This document shows, piece by piece, positions 1 to 10,095 of a stretch of DNA of 64,000 nt. Under the pieces are notes generated by a model that saw only the letters and a program-made list of their open reading frames with translations, was not told the origin of the DNA and did not search any database. The position numbers and the translations under genes were made by a program. Numbering within the stretch: position 1 is the first letter of the stretch; each line of letters opens with the position of its first letter. Location: positions 960,001 through 1,024,000 of the forward strand of contig CAXXMD010000002.1 of assembly GCA_963675755.2 (NCBI GenBank), given 5' to 3'. This DNA is from a bacterium (lineage in GTDB: Bacteria; Zhuqueibacterota; Zhuqueibacteria; Residuimicrobiales; Krinioviventaceae).

Positions 1-1233
1 TTGCGTCATTGTAGCTAAATCTGTTAATAAATAAGAATAATCATTCAACTGTACCCATTGGTCCAAATCATTATTAAACTTTGAATAAACACCTGAATAT
101 AAAAGATAAGGATCATAATGAAACAACTCGGGTATACGAAGTTCAAAATCTTTAGGTAATTGCCGGGAAGAATCCACAACTTTTTTGTGAAGGGCAGGAT
201 TCAATTCTAAAATACTTGAAGAGTTTAGACCCAATTTTTGACTGATTGTTTTTATAGTAGCAGTTTCAGGAACCTTGAATAATGTATAGGTATCAGGTTT
301 TTCAAATTCCAAAGTTCCAAAATAATGCTGATAGTTTTGACGGACTCTGATTGCTGCCACAAATTCAGCATAAAAATTCTTGGACGCAAAACCAAACGTT
401 CTGCTTTTATAATTTTCAACAATTACACCAATATCTTTGGTTTTATATCTATTCATTGCTCGTTTCATACCATTGGGGCCATGATTATAAGCAGTAATAG
501 CCAATGGCCAGGAACCTAACAACTGATAATTGCTTTTTAATAAACGAGCGGCTGCATCTGTCGCAGCAAAAGGGTCAAGTCGTTCATCTTCGTAATGATT
601 GATATTCATATAAAGACGACCGGTGGAACGCATAAATTGCCAAACACCACTTGCGCCATATTTTGAATATGCTCTATTGGCAAAAGAAGATTCAACATGA
701 GGTAGATAAACCAATTCATCAGGTAAACCATATTTTTTAAAAATAGCTTTAAATTCAGGCAGGTATTTACCAGAACGCTGAATGCCGGCCATAAAATCTT
801 CTTTAAGCCCTCTTTGCCCTCTAATATCTTGAATTGCATTTTTATATTTATTAGGAGATTCATCTTCAAGCCATAATAAATATACTTCCAACTCTTTATT
901 GGTTAATGTGGAAATATTAACAGAACCCATCTTGTCGAGCTTTTGTAATATTGCCTGATATTGATCTATTATAGCATTTATCTTTTTCCACTTGTTGCGC
1001 ATGGATGTTTCAGGACTAAAGTAATCATTCAAATTTACAATATCATATACAACTTTAGGATGGTTAGAGTCATGAATAACAACTTCACTTTTTGAATATA
1101 ATGAGAAAATGCGGACCCAGAATTCTACATTGGGCTCCAATTGCTTAGGCACGGGGAATTGGGGATTTGCAAAGGAAATTGATATCCAGCAAAGTAAAAC
1201 AACAATGATATTATAATGTTTTCGAGTATCCAT
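1..1233 (-). CDS. MltD-like lytic murein transglycosylase (SLT domain), runs off the left edge (3' partial)
   Basis: Not in the ORF track; translated by hand from ATG at 1233: MDTRKHYNIIVVLLCWISISFA (signal peptide)...LVYLPHVESSF (catalytic Glu)...GASGVWQFMRSTG...DERLDP...WPLAITAYNHG; frame stays open to position 1. Confidence 0.85.
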   Translation of the reverse strand, partial: MDTRKHYNIIVVLLCWISISFANPQFPVPKQLEPNVEFWVRIFSLYSKSEVVIHDSNHPKVVYDIVNLNDYFSPETSMRNKWKKINAIIDQYQAILQKLDKMGSVNISTLTNKELEVYLLWLEDESPNKYKNAIQDIRGQRGLKEDFMAGIQRSGKYLPEFKAIFKKYGLPDELVYLPHVESSFANRAYSKYGASGVWQFMRSTGRLYMNINHYEDERLDPFAATDAAARLLKSNYQLLGSWPLAITAYNHGPNGMKRAMNRYKTKDIGVIVENYKSRTFGFASKNFYAEFVAAIRVRQNYQHYFGTLEFEKPDTYTLFKVPETATIKTISQKLGLNSSSILELNPALHKKVVDSSRQLPKDFELRIPELFHYDPYLLYSGVYSKFNNDLDQWVQLNDYSYLLTDLATMTQ

Positions 1234-1430
1234 TTTCACCCACAGATTTTTAACCAGTCAGTTCTTTAGCTCAATACATTATGTATTTGTGGATGAGCTT
1301 TCATATTTTATTATATATACATAAAAAACATAAATTTGCAATAATCTAAACTGCAAATTTATTAAAAAAATATTATGCAACAATAATACCACGTTGAAGG
1401 GTATTTGCGGAACATTTTAAGATAATAAAA

Positions 1431-1898
1431 TCAGGTTAAAGGGTCAATATCTATTTCATCCCAATCTGCTTTATCCTTTGCCAAAAAGACATCGATGAAT
1501 TGAGGAAAGTTTTGAATGATATTCTTAACAATTTGCAAGAGTGTTTCTTTGTCATATTCTTCCAGCTGTTTTAAAATATTGGCAACATTAACAAAATCTT
1601 TACCATCAAAGATCCAGGAATACAACAATGCAACAGCATGAGTACATATTTGACGGGATTCTGAACATGTACAGGTAGATGATATTTCATTTTGATGCAA
1701 GCTAACTTGAACATCATGCCCTTGAACAAATGTACCTACACTTCCCAGTAATTTGTTTCGATACACAGTGGCGCGCTTGATTTCACAAGACTCGTAAAAT
1801 TCACGTGTTTTACCATCTGTAACATCTCTATCAAACAGTTCAACATTTTCAAGGGTTAATTCTTTTAATTCTTTAGAAATTTCATTATCTATATTCAT
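1431..1898 (-). CDS. SWIM zinc-finger domain protein
   Basis: CTCSESRQICTHAVALL matches the SWIM CxC-xn-CxH motif. Confidence 0.75.
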   Translation of the reverse strand: MNIDNEISKELKELTLENVELFDRDVTDGKTREFYESCEIKRATVYRNKLLGSVGTFVQGHDVQVSLHQNEISSTCTCSESRQICTHAVALLYSWIFDGKDFVNVANILKQLEEYDKETLLQIVKNIIQNFPQFIDVFLAKDKADWDEIDIDPLT

Positions 1899-1907
1899 AA
1901 TAATCTC

Positions 1908-2840
1908 TTAATGACTTAGAAAATCCTGCATTTTCTTTTTACGTTTTTTTAATTCTGATATTTTTTTCTTTGCATCTTTAGCAAAATCGCCATCTGGATC
2001 GTTTTTGAGAACAAGCTCAAATTCGCTTATAGCATTATCATATTCATCACGATCTTTTTTATTGTACGACATTCCCATATAATAATGTGGTTCAGCGCGT
2101 TCAGGAAATAAAGCAGATGCATAGCCAAAAGCAACAATAGCATCCCAAAGACCGTTTTTATCACCTTTGCGAAATAATGGTAATGCAGTAACCATGTATT
2201 TTTGATATTTGGCTTCTTTAAAGTCTGGTTTTAATTCCAGAGCTTTATCTATCTCTTTCATGGCATTTCGATATTGTTTCTTTTTCTTGAAAGCAATGCC
2301 TGCCTGCAAATGTTCAGATGCTTTGTCTTTGAATTGCTCAAGAGAATCCAGCTTTATAGCAACATTTACCGAATCAGCAGAATTTTTAATTTTTTCAAAC
2401 CAACTTTTAGCATCTTCATGACGGCCAGCTTGAAGATAAGATTCTGCAATTTTTTTAATAATCAATGTACTGTTGGGATCATATGACAATGCATCTTTAT
2501 ATTGTTCTATAGCTTTATAATAGTCGTTTTTTTGATTCAGACTATCACCTTTAACTGCAAGAATTCTGGCAACTTTTTCTTTTGATACTGCATCATCAGG
2601 TAAATAAGTCAAAATGTTTTTATAAAAAACAAAGCTACTATCCAGGTTTTCCAATTTCATATAAGAATCTGCAATCAATTTCATTGCATCAGTATTTGTA
2701 GAATCTTTTTCAAGTGCTGCTTTACAAATTGAAATGGTTTGTCGATAATCACCTGACTCATATAAAGTATTTGCTTGTTTTAAAGGAGTACAAGCGACAA
2801 CTAGTAATAAAAAAATCCCAAAATATTTTAAAAACTTCAT
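1908..2840 (-). CDS. TPR-repeat lipoprotein
   Basis: Lipobox-like LLLVVAC after MKFLK; several TPR helices (AIEQYKDALSYDPN, ALELKPDFKEAKY, AEPHYYMGMSY). Confidence 0.8.
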   Translation of the reverse strand: MKFLKYFGIFLLLVVACTPLKQANTLYESGDYRQTISICKAALEKDSTNTDAMKLIADSYMKLENLDSSFVFYKNILTYLPDDAVSKEKVARILAVKGDSLNQKNDYYKAIEQYKDALSYDPNSTLIIKKIAESYLQAGRHEDAKSWFEKIKNSADSVNVAIKLDSLEQFKDKASEHLQAGIAFKKKKQYRNAMKEIDKALELKPDFKEAKYQKYMVTALPLFRKGDKNGLWDAIVAFGYASALFPERAEPHYYMGMSYNKKDRDEYDNAISEFELVLKNDPDGDFAKDAKKKISELKKRKKKMQDFLSH

Positions 2841-2866
2841 TTATCCTCTAAATGTTCTTTCATGTT

Positions 2867-2945
2867 AAAAAAAATACCGAGACGTCCTGACAATCGGTTT
2901 AGGGGGGTCACCAATTGCGGGGGGTGGACGCTCGGTATTACAATC
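2867..2945 (-). ncRNA. Candidate structured small RNA or leader with two C6 tracts, ending in an intrinsic terminator
   Basis: GC-rich nested stems in AT-rich DNA (2873-2887 with 2926-2939; 2891-2898 with 2910-2917, G-U only on the minus strand), U8 tail at 2867-2874, promoter immediately upstream. Confidence 0.55.
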
Positions 2946-2950
2946 AAATC

Positions 2951-2979
2951 AATTTAACATTTTAAATCCAGAAACGCAA
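2951..2979 (-). promoter_or_regulatory. Sigma70-type promoter for the candidate sRNA/TPR leader
   Basis: TTGCGT-N17-TAAATT with TG extended -10 on the minus strand. Confidence 0.5.
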
Positions 2980-3002
2980 TAGCTTTTTAAACAAGTTACG
3001 TT

Positions 3003-3656
3003 TTAATTCAATTCTACAAGCTGCGATTTTATTGCATATTTAACAAGTGCAGCAAAATTATCCAATTCTAATTTTTCCATGATACGGTAACGATGCGTTT
3101 CAACAGTTTTGATTGAAACATGAAGCATTTCAGCAACCTGTTTATTACTGTAACCTTCTGCCAGTAATTTAAGGACCTGTGCTTCCCTGTTCGTTAAAGG
3201 ACTCTCAACGGAAGCCCCGGATAAATTTGTATCTGACACCCAGGAACTGACAATCTGACGAGAAATAGGAGGACTAAGATACATCTCTCCTCGAGTTACC
3301 TGTTGAATTGCAGTCATGAGCTCTTCAGATGCAGAATTTTTCAACAAATAGCCTGAAGCACCATTTTTCAAACTTTGTTTGATATATTCTTCATGATCAT
3401 ACATACTTAAAACTAGAATTTTGGTCTCCGGGGAGACTGCTTTAATTTCTATTATAGCTTCCACACCTCGCAATTTAGGCATTGAAATATCAATAATCAT
3501 GATATCAGGTTGATGTTCTTGAGCAAGCTCAATGGCTTCATACCCATTACCACCTTCAGCAATAACAGAAACATCGGGAAACGTCATCAACAATTGTCGT
3601 AAACCTTCCCGGACCATTGTATGGTCATCTACTAAAATAATACTAAATTTTGCCAT
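3003..3656 (-). CDS. NarL/FixJ-family response regulator (REC + LuxR HTH)
   Basis: LVDDH, IIDISMP, YLLK; C-terminal LTNREAQVLKLLAEGYSNKQVAEMLHVSIKTVETHR. Confidence 0.95.
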   Translation of the reverse strand: MAKFSIILVDDHTMVREGLRQLLMTFPDVSVIAEGGNGYEAIELAQEHQPDIMIIDISMPKLRGVEAIIEIKAVSPETKILVLSMYDHEEYIKQSLKNGASGYLLKNSASEELMTAIQQVTRGEMYLSPPISRQIVSSWVSDTNLSGASVESPLTNREAQVLKLLAEGYSNKQVAEMLHVSIKTVETHRYRIMEKLELDNFAALVKYAIKSQLVELN

Positions 3657-6600
3657 GATCCCCTTTGGTTATTGGAACACTTGCTATAATTGTAGTACCA
3701 TTACCTGGCACTGAGTCTAAACTAAACTCACCCTCTAGAAAATCAATTCGTTCCTGCATACCAATGATGCCAAAATGCAATGAACCATCAATCTTTTTAT
3801 GGTTTAAAACATCAAAACCAATACCATCATCTATTATGGATAAAGTAATGTGATCATTTTTTTTCAAAAGTTCAATAAAAACTTGATTTGCCTTTGCATA
3901 TTTTAATACATTATTTAAAGCTTCCTGAATGATTCTATAAAACGCGATTTCAGCTTCTTTTGATAAATATTCTGTTACAGGTTCAGTTTTAACCTTTACT
4001 TGAATCCCCCATTTCCCGGCGAACTCTTTGGCAAAATCTTTAATTGCAATCTCTAATCCAAAATCATCAAGCAATTGCGGACGTAATTCACTACATAGAT
4101 TTCTGGCTTCAATTATTGCTTTATTAAGTGTGGATTTGGATTCTGAAAGCATTTTTTTAGCTTTATCAATATTATTATCCAACGAAGAGGATACAGTAGA
4201 GATCTCAAATTTTAAAGCCGTTAACATTTGACCTAACGAGTCATGAATTTCTCTTGATATTTTTTCACGCTCTTCTTCCTGAAACTGTACAAGCCTGGCT
4301 GAAAATTTTCTGCTGGCATCAATTGCTTTGATCTGGTCGGTAATATCAATATTCATTCCTATATAACCAATTATTGAATTATCCAAAGTAATGATAGGAC
4401 TGAGTATGAGATTATAAACCAACGCCTCTTCATCACTGCCTATAAAAAATTCATTTACAACTGAAGTGTTGACTTTTTTAATTTCATTAATTGATAGTTC
4501 AATAGCTTCAACAAATTCATATTGATTCAAAACATCAGCTGGCCTTTTTTTAAGTACATTTCCCCATTTGTTTATAAATTGATTATTCGCATTTTGAAAA
4601 TGCCCATGCACACTCAGGCTAAAAATCTCATAAGGAATATTTTTAAACAAGGTTCTATATCTTGCTTCACTATTTTTCAATTCACGTTCAGCATATTTTT
4701 GTTTTGAAATATCTTTAATAAATCCTTCTACTCCCTTTACTATACCATTTTCAACAACGCGTCTGGCATTAAATCCAATCCAGTAGGGTCTTCCATATTC
4801 ATTAACCAATTCAAGCTGATGCCATTTAATGCTCTTGCCTCCCATTACCTGCCCATACATTTTTTTAACATAATCCATTTTAGGATCGGGATAATAATGA
4901 GCAAAGTCCTTTGACTTTATCTGCTCCAAAGTCAGACCTAAAATTTTCTCACAGTTTTCATTTAAATATTCTACTTGTTCATCTTTATTGATGAAAAAAT
5001 ATCCATCAATAGATCGTTCAATACTATTACGGAACCGAAGCTCTGATTCTTTAATCACTTGTTCAACCTGACGGAGTTTAGAAACATCCATAATGATACC
5101 ACGTAAACCAATGACTGTTTTTTCCCTAAGAATTGGAGATGAACGCATTATTACCGGAAAAATCGTTTTATCTTTACGTAGTGCAGTATATTCATGAGTC
5201 ATAGTGCCTTGATTACTCAAGTGTTTTATACTCTTTTTGGCCTTTTCACGATCAGAATCAATAAACAAATCAAACAAGTAAAAATCTTTTTCAAATTCTT
5301 TCTGGGTAAAGCCGGTAACATGTTGAGCGTGTTGATTAACAAAATTCAGCTTTCCATTTATATCCATTTCAAATACTATTTCCGGCAAAAGCTCTGCAAG
5401 TTCGCGGAAACGTTCCTCACTTGATCTCAATTCTGCTTCTATCCGCTTTTGCTCGGTTATATCACGACCAACACCCAAAATTGCATTGATTTCACCATTA
5501 TTATCCATAATTGAAGTATCAATCCACGAGAACCAACGCCAGCCATTCACAGTCATTGCCCGTTGCTCAACATAGCATTTAAATGGTGGACTGAACAATT
5601 TTTCCATTTCTTTGGCGGTATGTTCACGATCATCTTGATGTACAAGTGGGAAAAAGCTATTACCCAAAAGTTCCTTTTCTGTTTTCCCAAAAGTTTTGCA
5701 ATATGAAGGGCTAACAAATTGAAACTTGTTATGCAGATCTACCTTGACAACAAGGTCGGCCTGATTTTCAACAAGAATCTGGTATATTTCTTTACTTTCA
5801 ACAAGTTCTGCTTCAATTTTTTTTCGCTCAGTAATGTCCCGTGCAATACCCAATACTGCATAATAATCACCATTCTCATCAATCATAGGAACCAGTTGCG
5901 TACCCAACCACACATCTTTGTTCGGCATATCAGATTGGTGTTCAAAATACAAAGTTTTACCGGTTTTTAATGCAAGTTGTAAACGACTTAATTGACGTTC
6001 AGATGCCTTGAAATCAAAATATTTTTTTCGGGATTGCCCCATCATTTCTTCCGGATGGATTCCAAAATTTGATGCAGCATAATCATTTACATATATAATG
6101 ACATCATTTTTATCTACAATGAAAATATTGTCTTTCGCCGCTTCAGCAAGTGTGCGGTAGCGCTTTTCACTTTCAACTAATTTCCCCAAAATATCTTTTT
6201 CAAGAGTCACATCACGCATTAACCCGGTTATTGCTACGGGTTTATCATATTGGTCAGTCAAAATGGTTGCATCCACTTCAACAGTAATAGTCACGCCGTC
6301 TTTACGTAAAAGATTATATTCAACATTGTTATAAGAACCTTTAAAGTTGAGCTTTTCAAGATTTTTAATTGCGAGATCATGCTGTTCAGGTACTATGAAA
6401 TCAAAAAAACGTTTATTATCATTTATTAATTCTTCTCTACTTGAATATCCCAACATTTCGGCACATTTTTTATTAATTTGAATAACGCGTCCATCCAGAT
6501 CAGTTAAAGCGATACCCAATAATGAAGAGTCTACCAGAGATCTGTATTTTTTTTCATTATCAACAAGATCTTTTTCCATTTTCGTCTTGTCTGTTATATC

Positions 6601-8172
6601 TTTGAAAAAAGCAAGTAAACCAATAAATTCCTGATTACGGTTCAACAATACAGATGTGCTGGTTTCAATTCTTCTTTCTTCATCTCTAATATTTTTAACA
6701 TTATATTCAGAATTTAACGGCTTGCGGGTTTCTAATACACTTGCAATATTTTCTTTAACAATATCGAATTGATCTGGAAGTAAAAAGTCAAAAATACTGA
6801 ACCTGTCTTTTTGCGCCTGGTCAGGAGTATCATAACCAATCATTTCAACAGCAAATTGATTCAAATGTTGAAATACGCCATCACCATCAAAGATACCGAT
6901 ACCAATAGGAGCATTTTCAACAAGTTGTTGAAAATGGAGCTCCTGATCAAGCAAAGTGTCATACATTTGGTTTCGAAAGAAATATATTTTAATCATGTCT
7001 GCAAAGACCTGGAATAAATTTATTTCAAATGCCATCCATTCTCTGCTGCGTTTGGTTTCATCAAAGAAAATAATCCCAACGAGTTTTTTATCTATAACCA
7101 ATGGTAAAACAATTTGTGATTTTACACCCATTTCCAGCAACAAATCTTTAATATATTGTGCATTAGATGGCAATTGGTTCACATCAGAAATGACAATAAC
7201 TCTTTCGGCAAACAATTTATCTCTTCCCCACTCAAATGGGTTAAATTTAAGATCAAGTAATTGTTCACGAATTGACAATGCCCCTTCTTTACACCATTCT
7301 AGTAAATTAGAGACTTGATTCTTGTCATTGAATGTTACAACGGTTACTCTGTCAACATTAACTGTTTTTCCCATCTCACCAATACAATACTCAAAATCAT
7401 CAGTTTCAAATAAAATTTGAGTAATATTGGCAATTGTTTGATCAATATTAATAAACCTGTCAATAATACGTCCGTGAGAATACTTGTGGGAAATATTCTG
7501 AGCGACAGCTATCATACCTACAATACTATCCTTTTTAATAGGCATGCATTTTGTTTCAAACCATTGGGTTTGATTATTATCAAACTCTATATCATAAATA
7601 AATTTAAATTCTCTGGAATCAGAAATTAGGTTTTGAAAATCATCATCAATAGTACGAGTCAGTGACTTTTTCAGTAAATTTATAAAATGCTGTTGATATA
7701 ATTCGTGCCGAGATGATTTCATTTGTAAACAAAAGGCACTGTTTGCAAAAATGATATTACCTTTAATATCTGTTAAAAATACAGCTTCTTCCAACTGATC
7801 AGTCAAATTCAAAAATGCAGAGCGAATGTTTCCCAATTCATATAATTCATGAGTATGTATTGGTGAGAAATAAAAGACGATTATTTCAATTTCTTTATTA
7901 ATTATTTTATTATAATCCACTTTATATAATTGGTCCACATTGAAAATATCAGTGGTTTGTGGGGAATTGGATTCAAAATCTAGTTTAATGTTAAATAAAT
8001 TCTCAATATTTTCTCCCAACCAGGGAACCTTGTTATCAATAATATTTGATAAAAAATTCAAATTTGCCCCTAAAATTTCCCCTTTTAAATCGGTAATACA
8101 GGCAGGAACAGGTGAATTTTCAAGTATTAACAAATAATTAGAAATAAATGGGTTCTTGTTTTTTGTTGTCAT
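3643..8172 (-). CDS. Soluble multi-PAS/GAF sensor histidine kinase (HisKA_3/NarX-UhpB type)
   Basis: Repeated PAS/PAC units ending in RDIT/KDIS, one GAF-like segment, EREKISREIHDSLGQ H-box, IIQEALNNVLKYA, DDGIGF, GIIGMQER; overlaps the regulator start. Confidence 0.92.
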   Translation of the reverse strand: MTTKNKNPFISNYLLILENSPVPACITDLKGEILGANLNFLSNIIDNKVPWLGENIENLFNIKLDFESNSPQTTDIFNVDQLYKVDYNKIINKEIEIIVFYFSPIHTHELYELGNIRSAFLNLTDQLEEAVFLTDIKGNIIFANSAFCLQMKSSRHELYQQHFINLLKKSLTRTIDDDFQNLISDSREFKFIYDIEFDNNQTQWFETKCMPIKKDSIVGMIAVAQNISHKYSHGRIIDRFINIDQTIANITQILFETDDFEYCIGEMGKTVNVDRVTVVTFNDKNQVSNLLEWCKEGALSIREQLLDLKFNPFEWGRDKLFAERVIVISDVNQLPSNAQYIKDLLLEMGVKSQIVLPLVIDKKLVGIIFFDETKRSREWMAFEINLFQVFADMIKIYFFRNQMYDTLLDQELHFQQLVENAPIGIGIFDGDGVFQHLNQFAVEMIGYDTPDQAQKDRFSIFDFLLPDQFDIVKENIASVLETRKPLNSEYNVKNIRDEERRIETSTSVLLNRNQEFIGLLAFFKDITDKTKMEKDLVDNEKKYRSLVDSSLLGIALTDLDGRVIQINKKCAEMLGYSSREELINDNKRFFDFIVPEQHDLAIKNLEKLNFKGSYNNVEYNLLRKDGVTITVEVDATILTDQYDKPVAITGLMRDVTLEKDILGKLVESEKRYRTLAEAAKDNIFIVDKNDVIIYVNDYAASNFGIHPEEMMGQSRKKYFDFKASERQLSRLQLALKTGKTLYFEHQSDMPNKDVWLGTQLVPMIDENGDYYAVLGIARDITERKKIEAELVESKEIYQILVENQADLVVKVDLHNKFQFVSPSYCKTFGKTEKELLGNSFFPLVHQDDREHTAKEMEKLFSPPFKCYVEQRAMTVNGWRWFSWIDTSIMDNNGEINAILGVGRDITEQKRIEAELRSSEERFRELAELLPEIVFEMDINGKLNFVNQHAQHVTGFTQKEFEKDFYLFDLFIDSDREKAKKSIKHLSNQGTMTHEYTALRKDKTIFPVIMRSSPILREKTVIGLRGIIMDVSKLRQVEQVIKESELRFRNSIERSIDGYFFINKDEQVEYLNENCEKILGLTLEQIKSKDFAHYYPDPKMDYVKKMYGQVMGGKSIKWHQLELVNEYGRPYWIGFNARRVVENGIVKGVEGFIKDISKQKYAERELKNSEARYRTLFKNIPYEIFSLSVHGHFQNANNQFINKWGNVLKKRPADVLNQYEFVEAIELSINEIKKVNTSVVNEFFIGSDEEALVYNLILSPIITLDNSIIGYIGMNIDITDQIKAIDASRKFSARLVQFQEEEREKISREIHDSLGQMLTALKFEISTVSSSLDNNIDKAKKMLSESKSTLNKAIIEARNLCSELRPQLLDDFGLEIAIKDFAKEFAGKWGIQVKVKTEPVTEYLSKEAEIAFYRIIQEALNNVLKYAKANQVFIELLKKNDHITLSIIDDGIGFDVLNHKKIDGSLHFGIIGMQERIDFLEGEFSLDSVPGNGTTIIASVPITKGDHGKI

Positions 8173-8271
8173 TTGAATACTCGATAATTGTTATTATATT
8201 TTATATGAATATGATAATCTTAATTTTGACAAATTGCAATTCAATTATAAGGTAAAATCACCGGGATCTAT

Positions 8272-10095
8272 ATGTATAAAAAGTCGACCCCTTTATATTT
8301 TTTATTTCATTATATACAAAAATACAAATTTATTCTGGCAATTGGTATCATTTTTATATTGATTACAACAGCGTTGCAGGTTTTAAATCCATGGCTGATA
8401 AAGTACGCCATTGATTATATATCTCATATTAAAACTGCTGATCCCAAAACAATGCTGCCTTTGATGGATACTTTTTTGGCCCATGTTTCCATGAGTTCTC
8501 CTACCCGCATATTACTTGCTTATATACTGATAATCATTCTAGCGACAATATTACAAGGTGTTTTCAGATTTCTTATGCGGTACACTATTATTGGTGTTTC
8601 CAGAAAAATTGAATATGACATCCGGAATGATTATTTCACCCATCTTCAACGACTTACCCAATCTTTTTATCAAAGAAATCAAATGGGTGATCTTATGGCA
8701 AGAGCAACCAATGATTTAAACGCAGTCAGATCACTTTTTGGTCCAGGAATAATGTACATGGTTACAACTTTTTTTCTATTTGTAATCACAATATCCTTCA
8801 TGCTGAGTATAAATAAAACCCTAACATTATGGGCATTACTTATTGTACCGGTTTCAATTTGGCTGGTATATAAACTGGTATCTAAAATAGAATCACTTTT
8901 CAAAGTTATTCAGGAACAATTTTCCAAACTTACGGCTACAACAGAAGAAAGCATTAATGGTATTCGGGTAATAAAATCTTATACACGTGAAGAACCATTT
9001 ATCGCCAAATTTAACAAAGAAAGTAAAGATCTTGTAGACAAAAATCTGGCCTTGGCTAAGATAAGAGCAATGCTCCGCTCGGTTATTCAATACACAACCA
9101 GTATCGGTTTGTTAATTATTTTGTGGATTGGTGGACAGAAAATAATTAATCAAACATTAACCATTGGTGATTTGGTTGCTTTTTTTGCATATCTGGCAAT
9201 GTTAACCTGGCCCATGATTGCCTTTGGATGGGTTTTAAATGTTTGGCAGCAAGGTTTAGCTTCTGTTAAAAGAATCATTGCCATTATGGATGAAAAACCG
9301 GAATTTGAAAACAATGAACTAACAAATCATTCAATTCAGGATATTGAAGGAAAAATTGAATTTCAAAATGTTAGTTTTTCATATCATGCAGATGAACCGG
9401 AAATCCTTCATAATATAAATTTAACAATAGATAAAGGCACCACCGTTGCTATTGTAGGGGCAACAGGGTCTGGCAAGACATCTCTGATAAACCTTGTACC
9501 CAGATTATATGACATACAAAAAGGTTCAATTAAAATTGATGGCAATGAATTGCGTGAAATTCCATTGGAAGTATTGAGAAAAAACATTGGATACGTTCCT
9601 CAGGAAAGCTTTTTATTCTCAGACACAATTGAAAACAATTTACTATTAGGCATTAACGAACCTGACAGCAAAGCTCTGGAACATGCCTTGCAGGTTTCAC
9701 AACTCTCTTCAGATATGGATCAGTTTCCTGAAAAATTGGATACAATAGTTGGTGAACGAGGTATAACTTTATCGGGTGGCCAAAAACAACGGGCTGCTAT
9801 TGCAAGAGCAATCATTAAACAACCCAGTATATTAATATTTGATGATTCACTAAGCGCAGTTGACACTTATACGGAAGAAAAAATTCTTAGTGGATTGAGA
9901 AATGTAATGCAGGATTGCACATCAATAATTGTTTCTCATCGTATATCAACAGTCAAACATGCTGACAAGATCATTGTCATAGATGATGGAAATATTGTTG
10001 AAGAAGGTGATCATACAGAGCTTTTAGACAGGAAAGGTGAGTATTTCAAATTATACCAGCGACAATTACTGGAAAAATCACTTGAAGAATTATGA
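8272..10095 (+). CDS. ABC exporter, fused TMD-NBD (MdlA/YheI-like subunit)
   Basis: Six-TM N-terminal half; GATGSGKT, LSGGQKQR, ILIFDDSLSAVD. Confidence 0.92.
   Translation: MYKKSTPLYFLFHYIQKYKFILAIGIIFILITTALQVLNPWLIKYAIDYISHIKTADPKTMLPLMDTFLAHVSMSSPTRILLAYILIIILATILQGVFRFLMRYTIIGVSRKIEYDIRNDYFTHLQRLTQSFYQRNQMGDLMARATNDLNAVRSLFGPGIMYMVTTFFLFVITISFMLSINKTLTLWALLIVPVSIWLVYKLVSKIESLFKVIQEQFSKLTATTEESINGIRVIKSYTREEPFIAKFNKESKDLVDKNLALAKIRAMLRSVIQYTTSIGLLIILWIGGQKIINQTLTIGDLVAFFAYLAMLTWPMIAFGWVLNVWQQGLASVKRIIAIMDEKPEFENNELTNHSIQDIEGKIEFQNVSFSYHADEPEILHNINLTIDKGTTVAIVGATGSGKTSLINLVPRLYDIQKGSIKIDGNELREIPLEVLRKNIGYVPQESFLFSDTIENNLLLGINEPDSKALEHALQVSQLSSDMDQFPEKLDTIVGERGITLSGGQKQRAAIARAIIKQPSILIFDDSLSAVDTYTEEKILSGLRNVMQDCTSIIVSHRISTVKHADKIIVIDDGNIVEEGDHTELLDRKGEYFKLYQRQLLEKSLEEL

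Noticed and set aside
325-869. ORFs 325..519 (+) and 606..869 (-)
   Set aside because: Shadow or alternate-frame ORFs inside the MltD-like gene (1..1233), which has clear family motifs
1431-2840. SWIM + TPR pair as an anti-phage or helicase-linked system
   Set aside because: No SNF2 helicase, nuclease or other defence gene nearby; the TPR protein is a lipoprotein
2867-2945. Calling the element a bona fide 6C RNA, tRNA fragment or CsrB-like sponge
   Set aside because: 6C RNA is actinobacterial with two adjacent hairpins; no cloverleaf; only one GGA, and it is base-paired. Kept as an unnamed candidate
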